From: Crocinitomix sp.
GTDB lineage: Bacteria; Bacteroidota; Bacteroidia; Flavobacteriales_D; Crocinitomicaceae
Direction of reading: 5' to 3'
Length of the DNA stretch: 46,568 bases
Assembly: GCA_023263555.1 (NCBI GenBank)
Contig: JALQVX010000207.1
Coordinates: 1-46,568 of the forward strand
Shown here: piece after piece, positions 38,446 to 46,568 of the stretch
Position numbering within the stretch: the first letter of the stretch is position 1
How the letters are laid out: each line of letters begins with the position of its first letter
Position numbers and translations under genes: made by a program
The notes under the pieces: model-generated
What the model saw: only the letters and a program-made list of their open reading frames with translations
The model's database searches: none
What the model was told of the DNA's origin: nothing

Positions 38446-40878
38446 TTAGATTTTTCCTTTAATCGCTTCAGAAACATTGATGATGTGATCACCCACTTTT
38501 TCGCAACTTGAGAATAAGTTATTGAAAATCATTCCGCTCTCCATATTAAATTCTGAACTTCCTAAATTTTCTAAATGCTCATCACGCATTTGATCACGTT
38601 TTTTGTTAATCGCATGCTCTGCTGCATTCGCTTTTTCAAGAGAAACACCAGCCCAATCTGCATTTAAATTATCAGTCATAATTACAAATGCTTTATCTAC
38701 TAAGGCAAACATCTCTAATAAACTATCGCGTTGTTCAGGAATAAACCAAATTTTATGTTCATCCTTGCGCTCAATAGCTTTTGAAATTTGGTAGAAGATA
38801 TCACCAATACGCTCTAAATCATTGACGATACTGTTCATTGAACGAACGTGCTCGGCAGTTTCTTCAGACATTTCACCTTCCGATACTTTTGCTAAATAGG
38901 TCGCTACTTCGATCTCAACTCTATCCGTGATTTCTTCGTACTTCGCCATTTTTTCGTGAAGTTTTGACTTCACCTTTTTATTTTGTTCGGTCAATAACTC
39001 CTGTGCGAAGCCAGACATACGACTGGTTAATTCACCAAATTTAGCCACCTCTTTCTTCGCTTCAAAAATCGATAAGTCTGGCGTTCCCATGATACCAGAA
39101 CCAATATAATCCAAATGGAATTCTTCGTCAGCAGCACCTTTTGATTTAACCGTTTTTTCAGCCATACGAACCAACCATGGAACAAAGGCAAGTAATAAGA
39201 GGACATTTAATAAATTGAAGAGAGTGTGAAAGTAAGCGAGGGCTTCGTTAGCTGCAGCACCATCAGCGAATGCATTTCCTTCAACAAAATAAGTATCGAT
39301 CGCAATCAACATGTAACGGTAAACAATAATTGCCCATGTTACACCTATTATATTGAATAGGGAGTGAATTCTAGCTGATCTTTTTGCGTGTACATTTCCA
39401 ACAAGTGAAGCTAATTCAGCTGTAATGGTAGTTCCAATATTTTCTCCTAAGATCATTGCAGCAGCAACTTCTAAAGGAATAACACCACCACCTACTAATG
39501 TCATGGTTAAGGCCATGGCAGCAGAAGATGATTGAATAACGATTGTCACTAAAGTTCCCAAGGCAACAAACATAATTGGTCCGTACCATACATCTCTAAA
39601 GTCAACGAAGAATTGCACCAATGCAGATTCAGGTCCTAAAGTCGGTACAGCGTCTTTTAAGAAACCAAGTCCCATAAAAAGGAGTGAAAAACCGATAATG
39701 ACACTTGCCCACGATTTTGCCTTTCCTTTACTGAAGAACAATAACGGCGCTCCAATTGCAATAAAAATGAGCGCATAATCGTCTAAACTTACTTTAAAAC
39801 CAAAGAGTAGAATCAACCAAGCCGTTATGGTTGTTCCAATATTGGCCCCCATCATTACCCCTGCAGATTGACGAAGTGTCATCAATCCAGCATTTACAAA
39901 ACTTACCGTCATTACTGTGGTGACGGATGAAGATTGTACGATTGAAGTAATTCCAAAACCAGTTAAAACACCAGATACCCTGTTTGACGTAATCGAACCA
40001 AGCATATTTCGCAAGCGAGATCCTGCAGCTTTTTGCAAACCTTCACTCATGATTTTCATTCCGAAAATGAAAAGGCCAAGTGACCCAATTAGTATCAACA
40101 ACTTAAATATGCCCCAAGTACGTTCAACTGTAAACTTCCCTTCTTTTGACCATGTTGTAATGTCCCCAGTAACCAAACCAATTTTGTATACATAACTTTC
40201 ACCGCCGATAAGGTCATCTTGTTTTTCTTTTACTTTATCTACTGAAATATCTTCTATTTTTTTCCATGGAGACTTGGTTTCGTCATCTTTGTTTTGCGCC
40301 TTACCAATCTTAGTATTGTACTTAATTACATAATGAGCATTTGGGTAAACAGAGAGGATTTCCGTTAATTTTGAATATTCAATTGCCCATGTAAAGTCAA
40401 CTGCTTCTTCTTTCCCTTTGGCGCTGTTGTTTTTAAATAAAGTCTCAGAAAATGAGGTGAAATGTTTCGTTTCAGATGAAAACATCAATCCATTAGCTGT
40501 GGTTCCACTTCCGAATTGATATTCGAATATGATATTTTCATTAATCCCATCTATTGTTATGGAAGAACTATCTTCATTTGCATCTGAGACAGTTGTCCAT
40601 TCAGCACTATTCAATGGTCTATATCTAAAACCAATAAATGCATCTGATGTATTAAATGAATCCCAAGAAACCTTTAGAACGCCGGTTTTTTGAGGTTTTA
40701 GTGTCAATTCTTCAAGATCATTTTTAAAAGAGTACTTAAATCCATTTACCTGAATCGATACAGAAGGGATATCACCGAGTGATTCCTGGCTGGCTACATT
40801 GATCGAATCTTGAGACGCACTATATCCAAAATGGAACAAAGTGAGTAACATGCCGAGAGTTAAAATAAATCTATTCAT
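38446..40878 (-). CDS. Na+/Pi cotransporter (NptA/YjbB-type, C-terminal PhoU-like region) with N-terminal extracytoplasmic FN3-like extension
   Basis: Two QSSS repeats with GANIGTT and GENIGTT; C-terminal DLERIGD and EKVGDH; about 250 extra N-terminal aa with a signal peptide. Confidence 0.9.
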   Translation of the reverse strand: MNRFILTLGMLLTLFHFGYSASQDSINVASQESLGDIPSVSIQVNGFKYSFKNDLEELTLKPQKTGVLKVSWDSFNTSDAFIGFRYRPLNSAEWTTVSDANEDSSSITIDGINENIIFEYQFGSGTTANGLMFSSETKHFTSFSETLFKNNSAKGKEEAVDFTWAIEYSKLTEILSVYPNAHYVIKYNTKIGKAQNKDDETKSPWKKIEDISVDKVKEKQDDLIGGESYVYKIGLVTGDITTWSKEGKFTVERTWGIFKLLILIGSLGLFIFGMKIMSEGLQKAAGSRLRNMLGSITSNRVSGVLTGFGITSIVQSSSVTTVMTVSFVNAGLMTLRQSAGVMMGANIGTTITAWLILLFGFKVSLDDYALIFIAIGAPLLFFSKGKAKSWASVIIGFSLLFMGLGFLKDAVPTLGPESALVQFFVDFRDVWYGPIMFVALGTLVTIVIQSSSAAMALTMTLVGGGVIPLEVAAAMILGENIGTTITAELASLVGNVHAKRSARIHSLFNIIGVTWAIIVYRYMLIAIDTYFVEGNAFADGAAANEALAYFHTLFNLLNVLLLLAFVPWLVRMAEKTVKSKGAADEEFHLDYIGSGIMGTPDLSIFEAKKEVAKFGELTSRMSGFAQELLTEQNKKVKSKLHEKMAKYEEITDRVEIEVATYLAKVSEGEMSEETAEHVRSMNSIVNDLERIGDIFYQISKAIERKDEHKIWFIPEQRDSLLEMFALVDKAFVIMTDNLNADWAGVSLEKANAAEHAINKKRDQMRDEHLENLGSSEFNMESGMIFNNLFSSCEKVGDHIINVSEAIKGKI

Positions 40879-40905
40879 CCTATTAACTATTATCTAAAGT
40901 TTCTG

Positions 40906-40913
40906 CAAAAGTA
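40906..40913 (-). promoter_or_regulatory. Bacteroidota -7 promoter element (TACTTTTG) for the Na/Pi transporter
   Basis: Consensus match. Confidence 0.55.
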
Positions 40914-40939
40914 GATCATTCACGGAGTTTAATTTGCAT

Positions 40940-40961
40940 TTAATGTTAAGTTTATGTTAAG
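40940..40961. promoter_or_regulatory. Pho-box-like 11-bp tandem repeat (TTAATGTTAAG TTTATGTTAAG)
   Basis: Direct repeat with 11-bp period upstream of the Na/Pi transporter promoter. Confidence 0.6.
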
Positions 40962-41074
40962 AAACTGCACGAGGCTAATAATTTTCTAGATCCAAGTTCT
41001 ATGTTATTTGTTTTTATTTGTCTTTAAACTCCTCTAAAATCAGGCCTTTTATTGATTTGTGTAGAGATTGATGT

Positions 41075-41102
41075 ATGTTATCAAAATGTTAACTATATGT
41101 TT
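41075..41102. promoter_or_regulatory. Pho-box-like triple repeat (ATGTTA/ATGTTA/ATGTTT, 11-bp period)
   Basis: Units at 41075, 41086 and 41097, upstream of the porin gene. Confidence 0.55.
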
Positions 41103-41182
41103 CCTATATCAACTATTTGTTAATTAAATATAACCTTTGTCCATCTTTTTTAAGATAGAAAAACGAAAAAAAAAATTGGCAT

Positions 41183-42421
41183 ATGTTAAAAGGTATAGGT
41201 TTATTCGTACTTTCTCTATTATTCTCAGTTAGTGCGGATGCTCAGTACATTCCGAAATCATTTGGATCAGGATTCAATTATGTTGGTAAAGATAGTTCTT
41301 TTACCATGCGTTTTGGAATCCGTTTTCAGACTCTTATGCTTGGTTCATGGAACGTTCAGGATGATAATTATAGAAATGTGGGAGATTTTTCAAGCAGTTT
41401 TACTTTAAGACGGTCGCGCTTAAAGTTTGATGGGTTTATATTAACACCGCGTCTTCAGTATAAAATGGAGTTTGGTTTAACACAATCAGACATGAGTGGA
41501 GGCAATGATAAAGAGCATGGTTTTGCTCCTCGTTATATTCTAGATGCTTATCTAGATTGGAATTTTTACAAGAATTTTTCATTAAAAGCTGGTCAAGCTA
41601 AATTACCGGGTAATCGAGAGCGAGTGATTTCTTCGGCAAATTTGCAATTGGTTGACCGGTCTTTATTAAATTCCCGCTATAATATTGACCGTGATATTGG
41701 TGTTCAATTATCTCATCATTTTAAGATTGGACAACAATTTATAGTGCGAGAAATTGCTTCTTTTTCTCAAGGAGAGGGACGTAATATGTCAGGAAATAAC
41801 ATTGGAGGGTACGATTATACGTTTCGAGTAGAAGCATTGCCTTTTGGTGAGTTTACTTCAAATGGAGATTATGTTGGTGCAGCAATTAAGCGCGAATCAA
41901 CACCTAAATTATCAATAGGGTTGACCTATGATATCAATAATGACGCGCCACGTGCGCGAGGACAAAATGGAAGTTTCATCTATAATCTTGACGGTTCATA
42001 TGCAGGCAAAACACTCAATACATTTTTTGCAGATGTAATGTTTAATTATAAAGGTTTGTCCTTGATGGCAGAATATGCGAATAAAACAACTCCAGATGGT
42101 GTTGCAGAAGTTTACGACAATGTTAATGACTCCATACAAATCGGAACCTATTTTATTGGAACAGGGTTTAATATTCAGGCTGGATGGATGTTCAAAAACA
42201 ACGTCGAAGTATGCGGTCGTTTTACGCAAATCAATCCATATCGCACATTGGCAAATGAGCGTGAATATACGCTTGCCTTATCCAAATATATTGTGAACCA
42301 TAAATTAAAAGTACAAACAGATATTAGCTATCGTCAAACTGGTTTTGATGGAAATACAACTGTTAATAAGGGTAAAAATGACCTTCTCTTTTGGCGATTG
42401 CAATTTGATGTGCATTTTTAA
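41183..42421 (+). CDS. OprO/OprP-like phosphate-selective porin
   Basis: Signal peptide; RRSRLKFDG, LDAY, GQ.KLP..RE, DRD.G; C-terminal RLQFDVHF; flanked by phosphate genes. Confidence 0.82.
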   Translation: MLKGIGLFVLSLLFSVSADAQYIPKSFGSGFNYVGKDSSFTMRFGIRFQTLMLGSWNVQDDNYRNVGDFSSSFTLRRSRLKFDGFILTPRLQYKMEFGLTQSDMSGGNDKEHGFAPRYILDAYLDWNFYKNFSLKAGQAKLPGNRERVISSANLQLVDRSLLNSRYNIDRDIGVQLSHHFKIGQQFIVREIASFSQGEGRNMSGNNIGGYDYTFRVEALPFGEFTSNGDYVGAAIKRESTPKLSIGLTYDINNDAPRARGQNGSFIYNLDGSYAGKTLNTFFADVMFNYKGLSLMAEYANKTTPDGVAEVYDNVNDSIQIGTYFIGTGFNIQAGWMFKNNVEVCGRFTQINPYRTLANEREYTLALSKYIVNHKLKVQTDISYRQTGFDGNTTVNKGKNDLLFWRLQFDVHF

Positions 42422-42565
42422 ATACAATCCTACTGAATAGGGAGTGCGAGAAGACTGTTTTTTTGGTTTAAACTGCAATATTGAAGTTCGTTCATTTAGT
42501 GCTATCTTTTGGATGGTTTTAATAATTAGAGTATCTTGCCCTTTGTATCGCGTAAGGTTAGCTCG

Positions 42566-42584
42566 TGTTATCTTAATGTTATCT
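42566..42584. promoter_or_regulatory. Pho-box-like repeat (TGTTATCT x2, 11-bp period) upstream of the response regulator
   Basis: Units at 42566 and 42577; -7 element TAATTTTG at 42620-42627. Confidence 0.55.
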
Positions 42585-42645
42585 ATTTATGAGTGATGTA
42601 GGGTAAATCGATTAATCGCTAATTTTGTTGCAAAATATACAATAG

Positions 42646-43332
42646 ATGAGTAATTCAGTACTGGTAATTGATGATGAGCAAGACATTCGCGTTCTCATTA
42701 AATACAATTTAGAAAAGGAAGGATTTATCGTGACGGTTGCCGACAATGGTTCCGAAGGCATCAATCTAGCGAAACAAAATATCCCAGATTTAATCTTATT
42801 GGATGTGATGATGCCCGGAATGGATGGAATTGAGACGTGCGAGCGATTAAAAGAAATTCCTGAATTGGCTGGCACAATGATTTGTTTTTTGACTGCAAGA
42901 GGAGAAGATTACTCACAAATCGCAGGATTTGATGCTGGTGCTGATGATTACATAACCAAGCCGATTAAGCCCAAACTTTTAACGAGTAGAATTGCAGCAA
43001 TTCTGAGAAGAAAGAGTGCTGATATCCATAGTGGAGAAAGGCAAAATGAAGAAATTAACGAAAATTCAATTCGTATCGATCGCGAACGTTATTTGATTTC
43101 AAAAGGTGGAGAAGAGATGTTTTTACCACGCAAAGAATTTGAATTATTAGCGCTATTGATGTCTAAACCAGGCAAGGTCTTTCACCGTGATGCTATTATG
43201 AATAATGTGTGGGGAACGGATGTAATTGTTGGTGATCGAACGATTGACGTGCACATCAGAAAGTTACGGGAAAAGATTGGTGAAACCCATATTGTCACGG
43301 TCAAAGGTGTAGGATACAAATTTGAGGATTAG
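42646..43332 (+). CDS. OmpR/PhoB-family response regulator (PhoB/PhoP-like)
   Basis: Receiver domain IDDE, LLDVMMP, GADDYITKP; winged helix KEFELL, RTIDVHIRKLREK, TVKGVGY. Confidence 0.92.
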   Translation: MSNSVLVIDDEQDIRVLIKYNLEKEGFIVTVADNGSEGINLAKQNIPDLILLDVMMPGMDGIETCERLKEIPELAGTMICFLTARGEDYSQIAGFDAGADDYITKPIKPKLLTSRIAAILRRKSADIHSGERQNEEINENSIRIDRERYLISKGGEEMFLPRKEFELLALLMSKPGKVFHRDAIMNNVWGTDVIVGDRTIDVHIRKLREKIGETHIVTVKGVGYKFED

Positions 43333-43372
43333 GACCGAATAGATTAAATTAACCTTCTTTTATTTGTATTTA

Positions 43373-43390
43373 TTAGTAGCTATGTACTAA
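43373..43390. promoter_or_regulatory. Putative TetR operator TTAGTA-N6-TACTAA
   Basis: Inverted repeat 9 nt upstream of the -7 element TATTTTTG (43400-43407) of the tetR gene. Confidence 0.45.
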
Positions 43391-43411
43391 AATTTTAGCT
43401 ATTTTTGAAGC

Positions 43412-44038
43412 ATGAAAGGAACCAAACAACGCATTCTTCGGGCAGCTAGACTCTTGTTTAATCAGCACGGTGTAGCAAATGTTTCTCAACGTTCAATTTC
43501 GAATCACATTGCCATCAGTCCAGGTAATCTCACCTATCATTTTAATAAAAGAGAGGAGATCGTAACGGCGTTGTATGAAGAATTATCAAACGAGCTTCGC
43601 TCCATTTTGAACGGTGTAATTGTTTCGGAAGCAACATTTCAGGACTTGTTTGATATGCAAAAAGCTATCAATAAAGTACTTTTCGATAATCGTTTTTTCA
43701 TTATTGACTTCAGTCATGTGACAAGGAGTAATGAAAATATTAAGAAAGATTATGCCGAACTAGTTCAAACTCGTATCGAAGTTTTAAAGGCCATATTTGA
43801 TTATTATATCGCTAAAGGTTGGCTTAGAAAAGGGGAATTGCCAATGGAATTTGATCACCTTATTACTCGTTTTCAATTGGTCAGTGATTATTGGCTTTTG
43901 TCAGTCGACAATAAGAATGAAGAATTTATGCTAAAGCATACCCGCACGTTCACTGAAGTTTTAATGCAATCTATTTTTCCTTACTTGACAGATGTAGGTA
44001 AACCTCTTTTCAAAAAGATCATGAACTATACATTATAA
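43412..44038 (+). CDS. TetR/AcrR family transcriptional regulator
   Basis: TKQRIL.AA..LF...G...ISPGNLTYHF..RE HTH. Confidence 0.92.
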   Translation: MKGTKQRILRAARLLFNQHGVANVSQRSISNHIAISPGNLTYHFNKREEIVTALYEELSNELRSILNGVIVSEATFQDLFDMQKAINKVLFDNRFFIIDFSHVTRSNENIKKDYAELVQTRIEVLKAIFDYYIAKGWLRKGELPMEFDHLITRFQLVSDYWLLSVDNKNEEFMLKHTRTFTEVLMQSIFPYLTDVGKPLFKKIMNYTL

Positions 44039-44232
44039 TTTAGTGGAATTTATGCACCACACGGTCTTGCCTTAGGTGTAATGCTATTTTTGAGTCTCAC
44101 TTTAGGGTAAATAGACTAGATGTTGGTAAATCATCTTGCTAACAGTTTATTACGAAATTTAAAATCTATTGTCTTTTATCGATTTATTATGCATGCATAT
44201 CTATATTACTTGATAATTGGTAATTTATAGTG

Positions 44233-44240
44233 TAACTTTG
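44233..44240 (+). promoter_or_regulatory. Bacteroidota -7 promoter element (TAACTTTG)
   Basis: Consensus match 14 nt before the ATG at 44255. Confidence 0.55.
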
Positions 44241-44254
44241 CAAAAAAATTAGCG

Positions 44255-44671
44255 ATGAAGATGACCGAGTGTGGAATTGGCAAAATAGGGTGGTTAGAAT
44301 CGAACATTCTACTTGTCGATATTGAAGAAGGAACAGAAATCGGTGTTGAACATATGTACTAGTTTAATAATATTGCACATAAACTCGCTAAGGATAAGGT
44401 TCGTTTTAATATTATTAATTATGGTGCCTACAGTTATCCAACAAAAGAAGCGCGGGAATTATGTGCATCTCAAATTACAAGCGATTTAATTCTAGCCAAA
44501 GCCGTTGTCGTCCATGATTTAGGCCAATTTATTATTGCTAAACACACAGTCAAGAACCAAAAATCAAATATTCCCACTCGCATCTTCACTAGCCTAGATC
44601 AGGCCACAAAATGGGTGAAATTATTGCAATCTGATCGATTTGAGAATCAAAGAGTTGTCGATAAAGTATAG
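44255..44671 (+). pseudogene. STAS/SEC14 (SpoIIAA-like) small protein gene with one in-frame TAG at 44360-44362
   Basis: Reads MKMTECGIGKIGWLESNILLVDIEEGTEIGVEHMY*FNNIAHKL...PTKEARELC...AKAVVVHDLGQFIIAKH...PTRIFTSLDQATKWV; aligns by eye with 44928..45320 on both sides of the stop. Confidence 0.75.
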
Positions 44672-44927
44672 TGTAAAACTTGAATTCATGTGTAAAAATA
44701 TAGATTTTGTCGATCGATTTATTAATTTCGTAGACAACATGTCGTTTATGGATTACCACGAATAACCGTTTAACGATACGATTAACCGAGAATAATTGGC
44801 GACAGTCAATTAAGATTATTAATAATGAAGGTGTTAGGTGAAATGATTTTCACGTGTTGTTATTTTGTGCTATAATCTTAAAAGAATAGGGTTTAGCTTA
44901 AAACAGGACACAGCAATTCAATTTAAG

Positions 44928-45320
44928 ATGAGTGATAACGAAAAATCTACTGTTACCATATTAGATGACAATATCCTTTTGATAAATGTGCGGAAGAATT
45001 GTGATTTTACGTTACGTGATTTTAAGGAATTGAAAATCGCTTCCATTCGCTTAGCAAAATATAAAGGCGTATACAGTATCATTGATATTGGAGACAAAAC
45101 GATTCCTGACAAAGAGGCAAGAGAAGCGTGTACTTATGAGACAGGAAGCGGTTGGATCAAAGCAGAGGCAATAGTAGTCCATTCACTCGGACAACGAATC
45201 GTTGCACGGCATATTCTTAAACAAAAACGTGATCGCTATCCTGTAAAACTCTTCACGAATGTAGAAAAAGCAAAAGGATGGATCGACCGTATGAAACAAG
45301 ATGTAAGTCGAACATTATAG
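44928..45320 (+). CDS. STAS/SEC14 (SpoIIAA-like) small protein (ATG 44928 preferred over 44865)
   Basis: NILLI, PDKEARE, AEAIVVHSLGQRIVA, PVKLFTNVEKAKGWI (F....A..W terminal motif). Confidence 0.7.
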   Translation: MSDNEKSTVTILDDNILLINVRKNCDFTLRDFKELKIASIRLAKYKGVYSIIDIGDKTIPDKEAREACTYETGSGWIKAEAIVVHSLGQRIVARHILKQKRDRYPVKLFTNVEKAKGWIDRMKQDVSRTL

Positions 45321-45379
45321 AAAATACTTACTCTTTTTCTATGTGACGATATTATTAACCCGTTTTTAAGGCGACGCGT

Positions 45380-46567
45380 TTAGTGAGCAGCCAACCAGTT
45401 ATCAGCAAATTTATAGTCGATATCAAGCGGAACAGCTAATTGAACTGCGGCTTCCATTTCACGTTTCACGAGTGACTCCATATGCTCTTTTTCAGAAAGC
45501 AAAACATCAAAAACCAATTCATCATGTACTTGAAGTAACATTTTCGATTGGAGTCCATCTTTCTCCATTTCACGGTGAATATTGATCATGGCAATTTTAA
45601 TCACATCTGCTGCCGAACCTTGAATAGGTGCATTGACAGCATTACGCTCAGCAAAGGCTCTTACGATCGCATTCGCGGATTGTATATCGTTGAGGTAGCG
45701 ACGTCGTTTCATAATCGTTTCCACGTAGCCATGGTCACGCGCAAATTCTACTTGATTACTCATAAAGGCCTTCATGCGTGAATATTGAAGGAAATAATTA
45801 TCGATCAGTTCTTTTGCTTCTTTTCTAGATATGCCTAGGTTTTGTGCCAATGTGAATGCGGATTGACCATAAATTATTCCGAAGTTGACCGCCTTTGCAG
45901 CACTTCTTTGTTCGCGTGTTACATCCTCTAATTTCTCCACGTGAAATACCTTAGCGGCGGTGGCCACGTGAATATCTAAATGATCCTTAAAAGCGGCGAT
46001 CATATTCTCATCTCCACTCAAAGCGGCAATAATTCTTAACTCAATTTGCGAATAATCGGCAGCTAATAAGGTGTGATTTTCATCTCTCGTAATAAAAGCT
46101 TTCCGAATTTCTCGTCCTTTTTCTGTTCGAATAGGAATATTTTGCAAGTTCGGATTATTTGAACTCAATCGGCCGGTTGCAGCCACAGTTTGCATATAAC
46201 TCGTATGAATTCTATGCGTTTCTTCATTTACCAATTGTGGTAAGGTATCCGCATAGGTACTTTTCAGTTTTTTGAGTGAGCGATAATTAAGAATCAAGGG
46301 AATGATTTCATGTTCATGCTCTAATTTTGATAAAACTTCTTCTCCTGTTTTATATTGACCGGTCTTCGTCTTTTTAGCCTTGGGGTCAATTTGCATCACA
46401 TCAAAAAGCACTTCTCCTAATTGTTTAGGAGAATCTAAATTAAAGTCTTCCACTCCCGCCAACTCTTTTATCTCGCGTTCTAACCGATCTAAATCAGTCT
46501 CTAATTCTTTCGAAAAGACGGCCAGTGCGTTTACATCTAAATTAATGCCTTCCACTTCCATATCCTT
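45380..46567 (-). CDS. polA: DNA polymerase I, C-terminal polymerase domain (5' end outside window)
   Basis: TGRLSS..PNLQNIP, ADYSQIELR, AKAVNFGIIYG, NAPIQGSAAD, LQVHDEL. Confidence 0.98.
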   Translation of the reverse strand, partial: KDMEVEGINLDVNALAVFSKELETDLDRLEREIKELAGVEDFNLDSPKQLGEVLFDVMQIDPKAKKTKTGQYKTGEEVLSKLEHEHEIIPLILNYRSLKKLKSTYADTLPQLVNEETHRIHTSYMQTVAATGRLSSNNPNLQNIPIRTEKGREIRKAFITRDENHTLLAADYSQIELRIIAALSGDENMIAAFKDHLDIHVATAAKVFHVEKLEDVTREQRSAAKAVNFGIIYGQSAFTLAQNLGISRKEAKELIDNYFLQYSRMKAFMSNQVEFARDHGYVETIMKRRRYLNDIQSANAIVRAFAERNAVNAPIQGSAADVIKIAMINIHREMEKDGLQSKMLLQVHDELVFDVLLSEKEHMESLVKREMEAAVQLAVPLDIDYKFADNWLAAH

Positions 46568-46568
46568 T

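Noticed and set aside
44360-44362. Genome-wide TAG reassignment or pyrrolysine
   Set aside because: TAG ends many conserved genes here at their expected ends (hppD, cysS, ppa, pdhB, response regulator), and there are no pyl genes in the window.
44672-44927. Possible LytTR-type repeats or sRNA in the spacer (CGTTTA at 44743 and 44767)
   Set aside because: Only 6-bp matches with unconvincing spacing and no stable hairpin or terminator; not supportable.
1335-45781. Numerous 60-140 aa ORFs antisense or out of frame within long genes (e.g. 5474..5800, 21116..21406, 37303..37731)
   Set aside because: They lie inside well-supported genes, carry no recognisable motifs and are expected shadow ORFs.

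Overview
Low-GC chromosomal segment of a Bacteroidota bacterium. The evidence is T9SS type-B cargo next to a PorP/SprF partner, many TAnnTTTG promoters, and the ftsX-DUF3098-uppP-truB order; Flavobacteriales/Crocinitomicaceae-like is an inference. Most genes are housekeeping (ispB, truB, uppP, ftsX, hppD/hmgA, cysS, ppa, dusB, pdhB, ppiD, dtd, rsgA, polA 3' end). I saw no tRNA, rRNA, CRISPR array, integrase or transposase. Points of interest: (1) a tightly coupled five-gene operon of unknown function (MMPL/RND exporter, DinB-like metalloprotein, NRDE/TANGO2 Ntn-fold protein, outer-membrane barrel, ATP-grasp ligase); (2) an unannotated 21-codon leader ORF in front of the hmgA-hppD tyrosine-catabolic operon; (3) a phosphate locus with an Na/Pi cotransporter fused to FN3-like domains, a phosphate porin, a PhoB-type regulator and 11-bp-phased TGTTA boxes, next to an arsenite methyltransferase; (4) a STAS/SEC14-like gene broken by one in-frame TAG; (5) the first ~390 bp look like a three-way chimera (proteobacterial mfd fragment, phage-like fragment, host gene), probably an artefact. 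All family calls come from motif recognition by eye, not from database searches.
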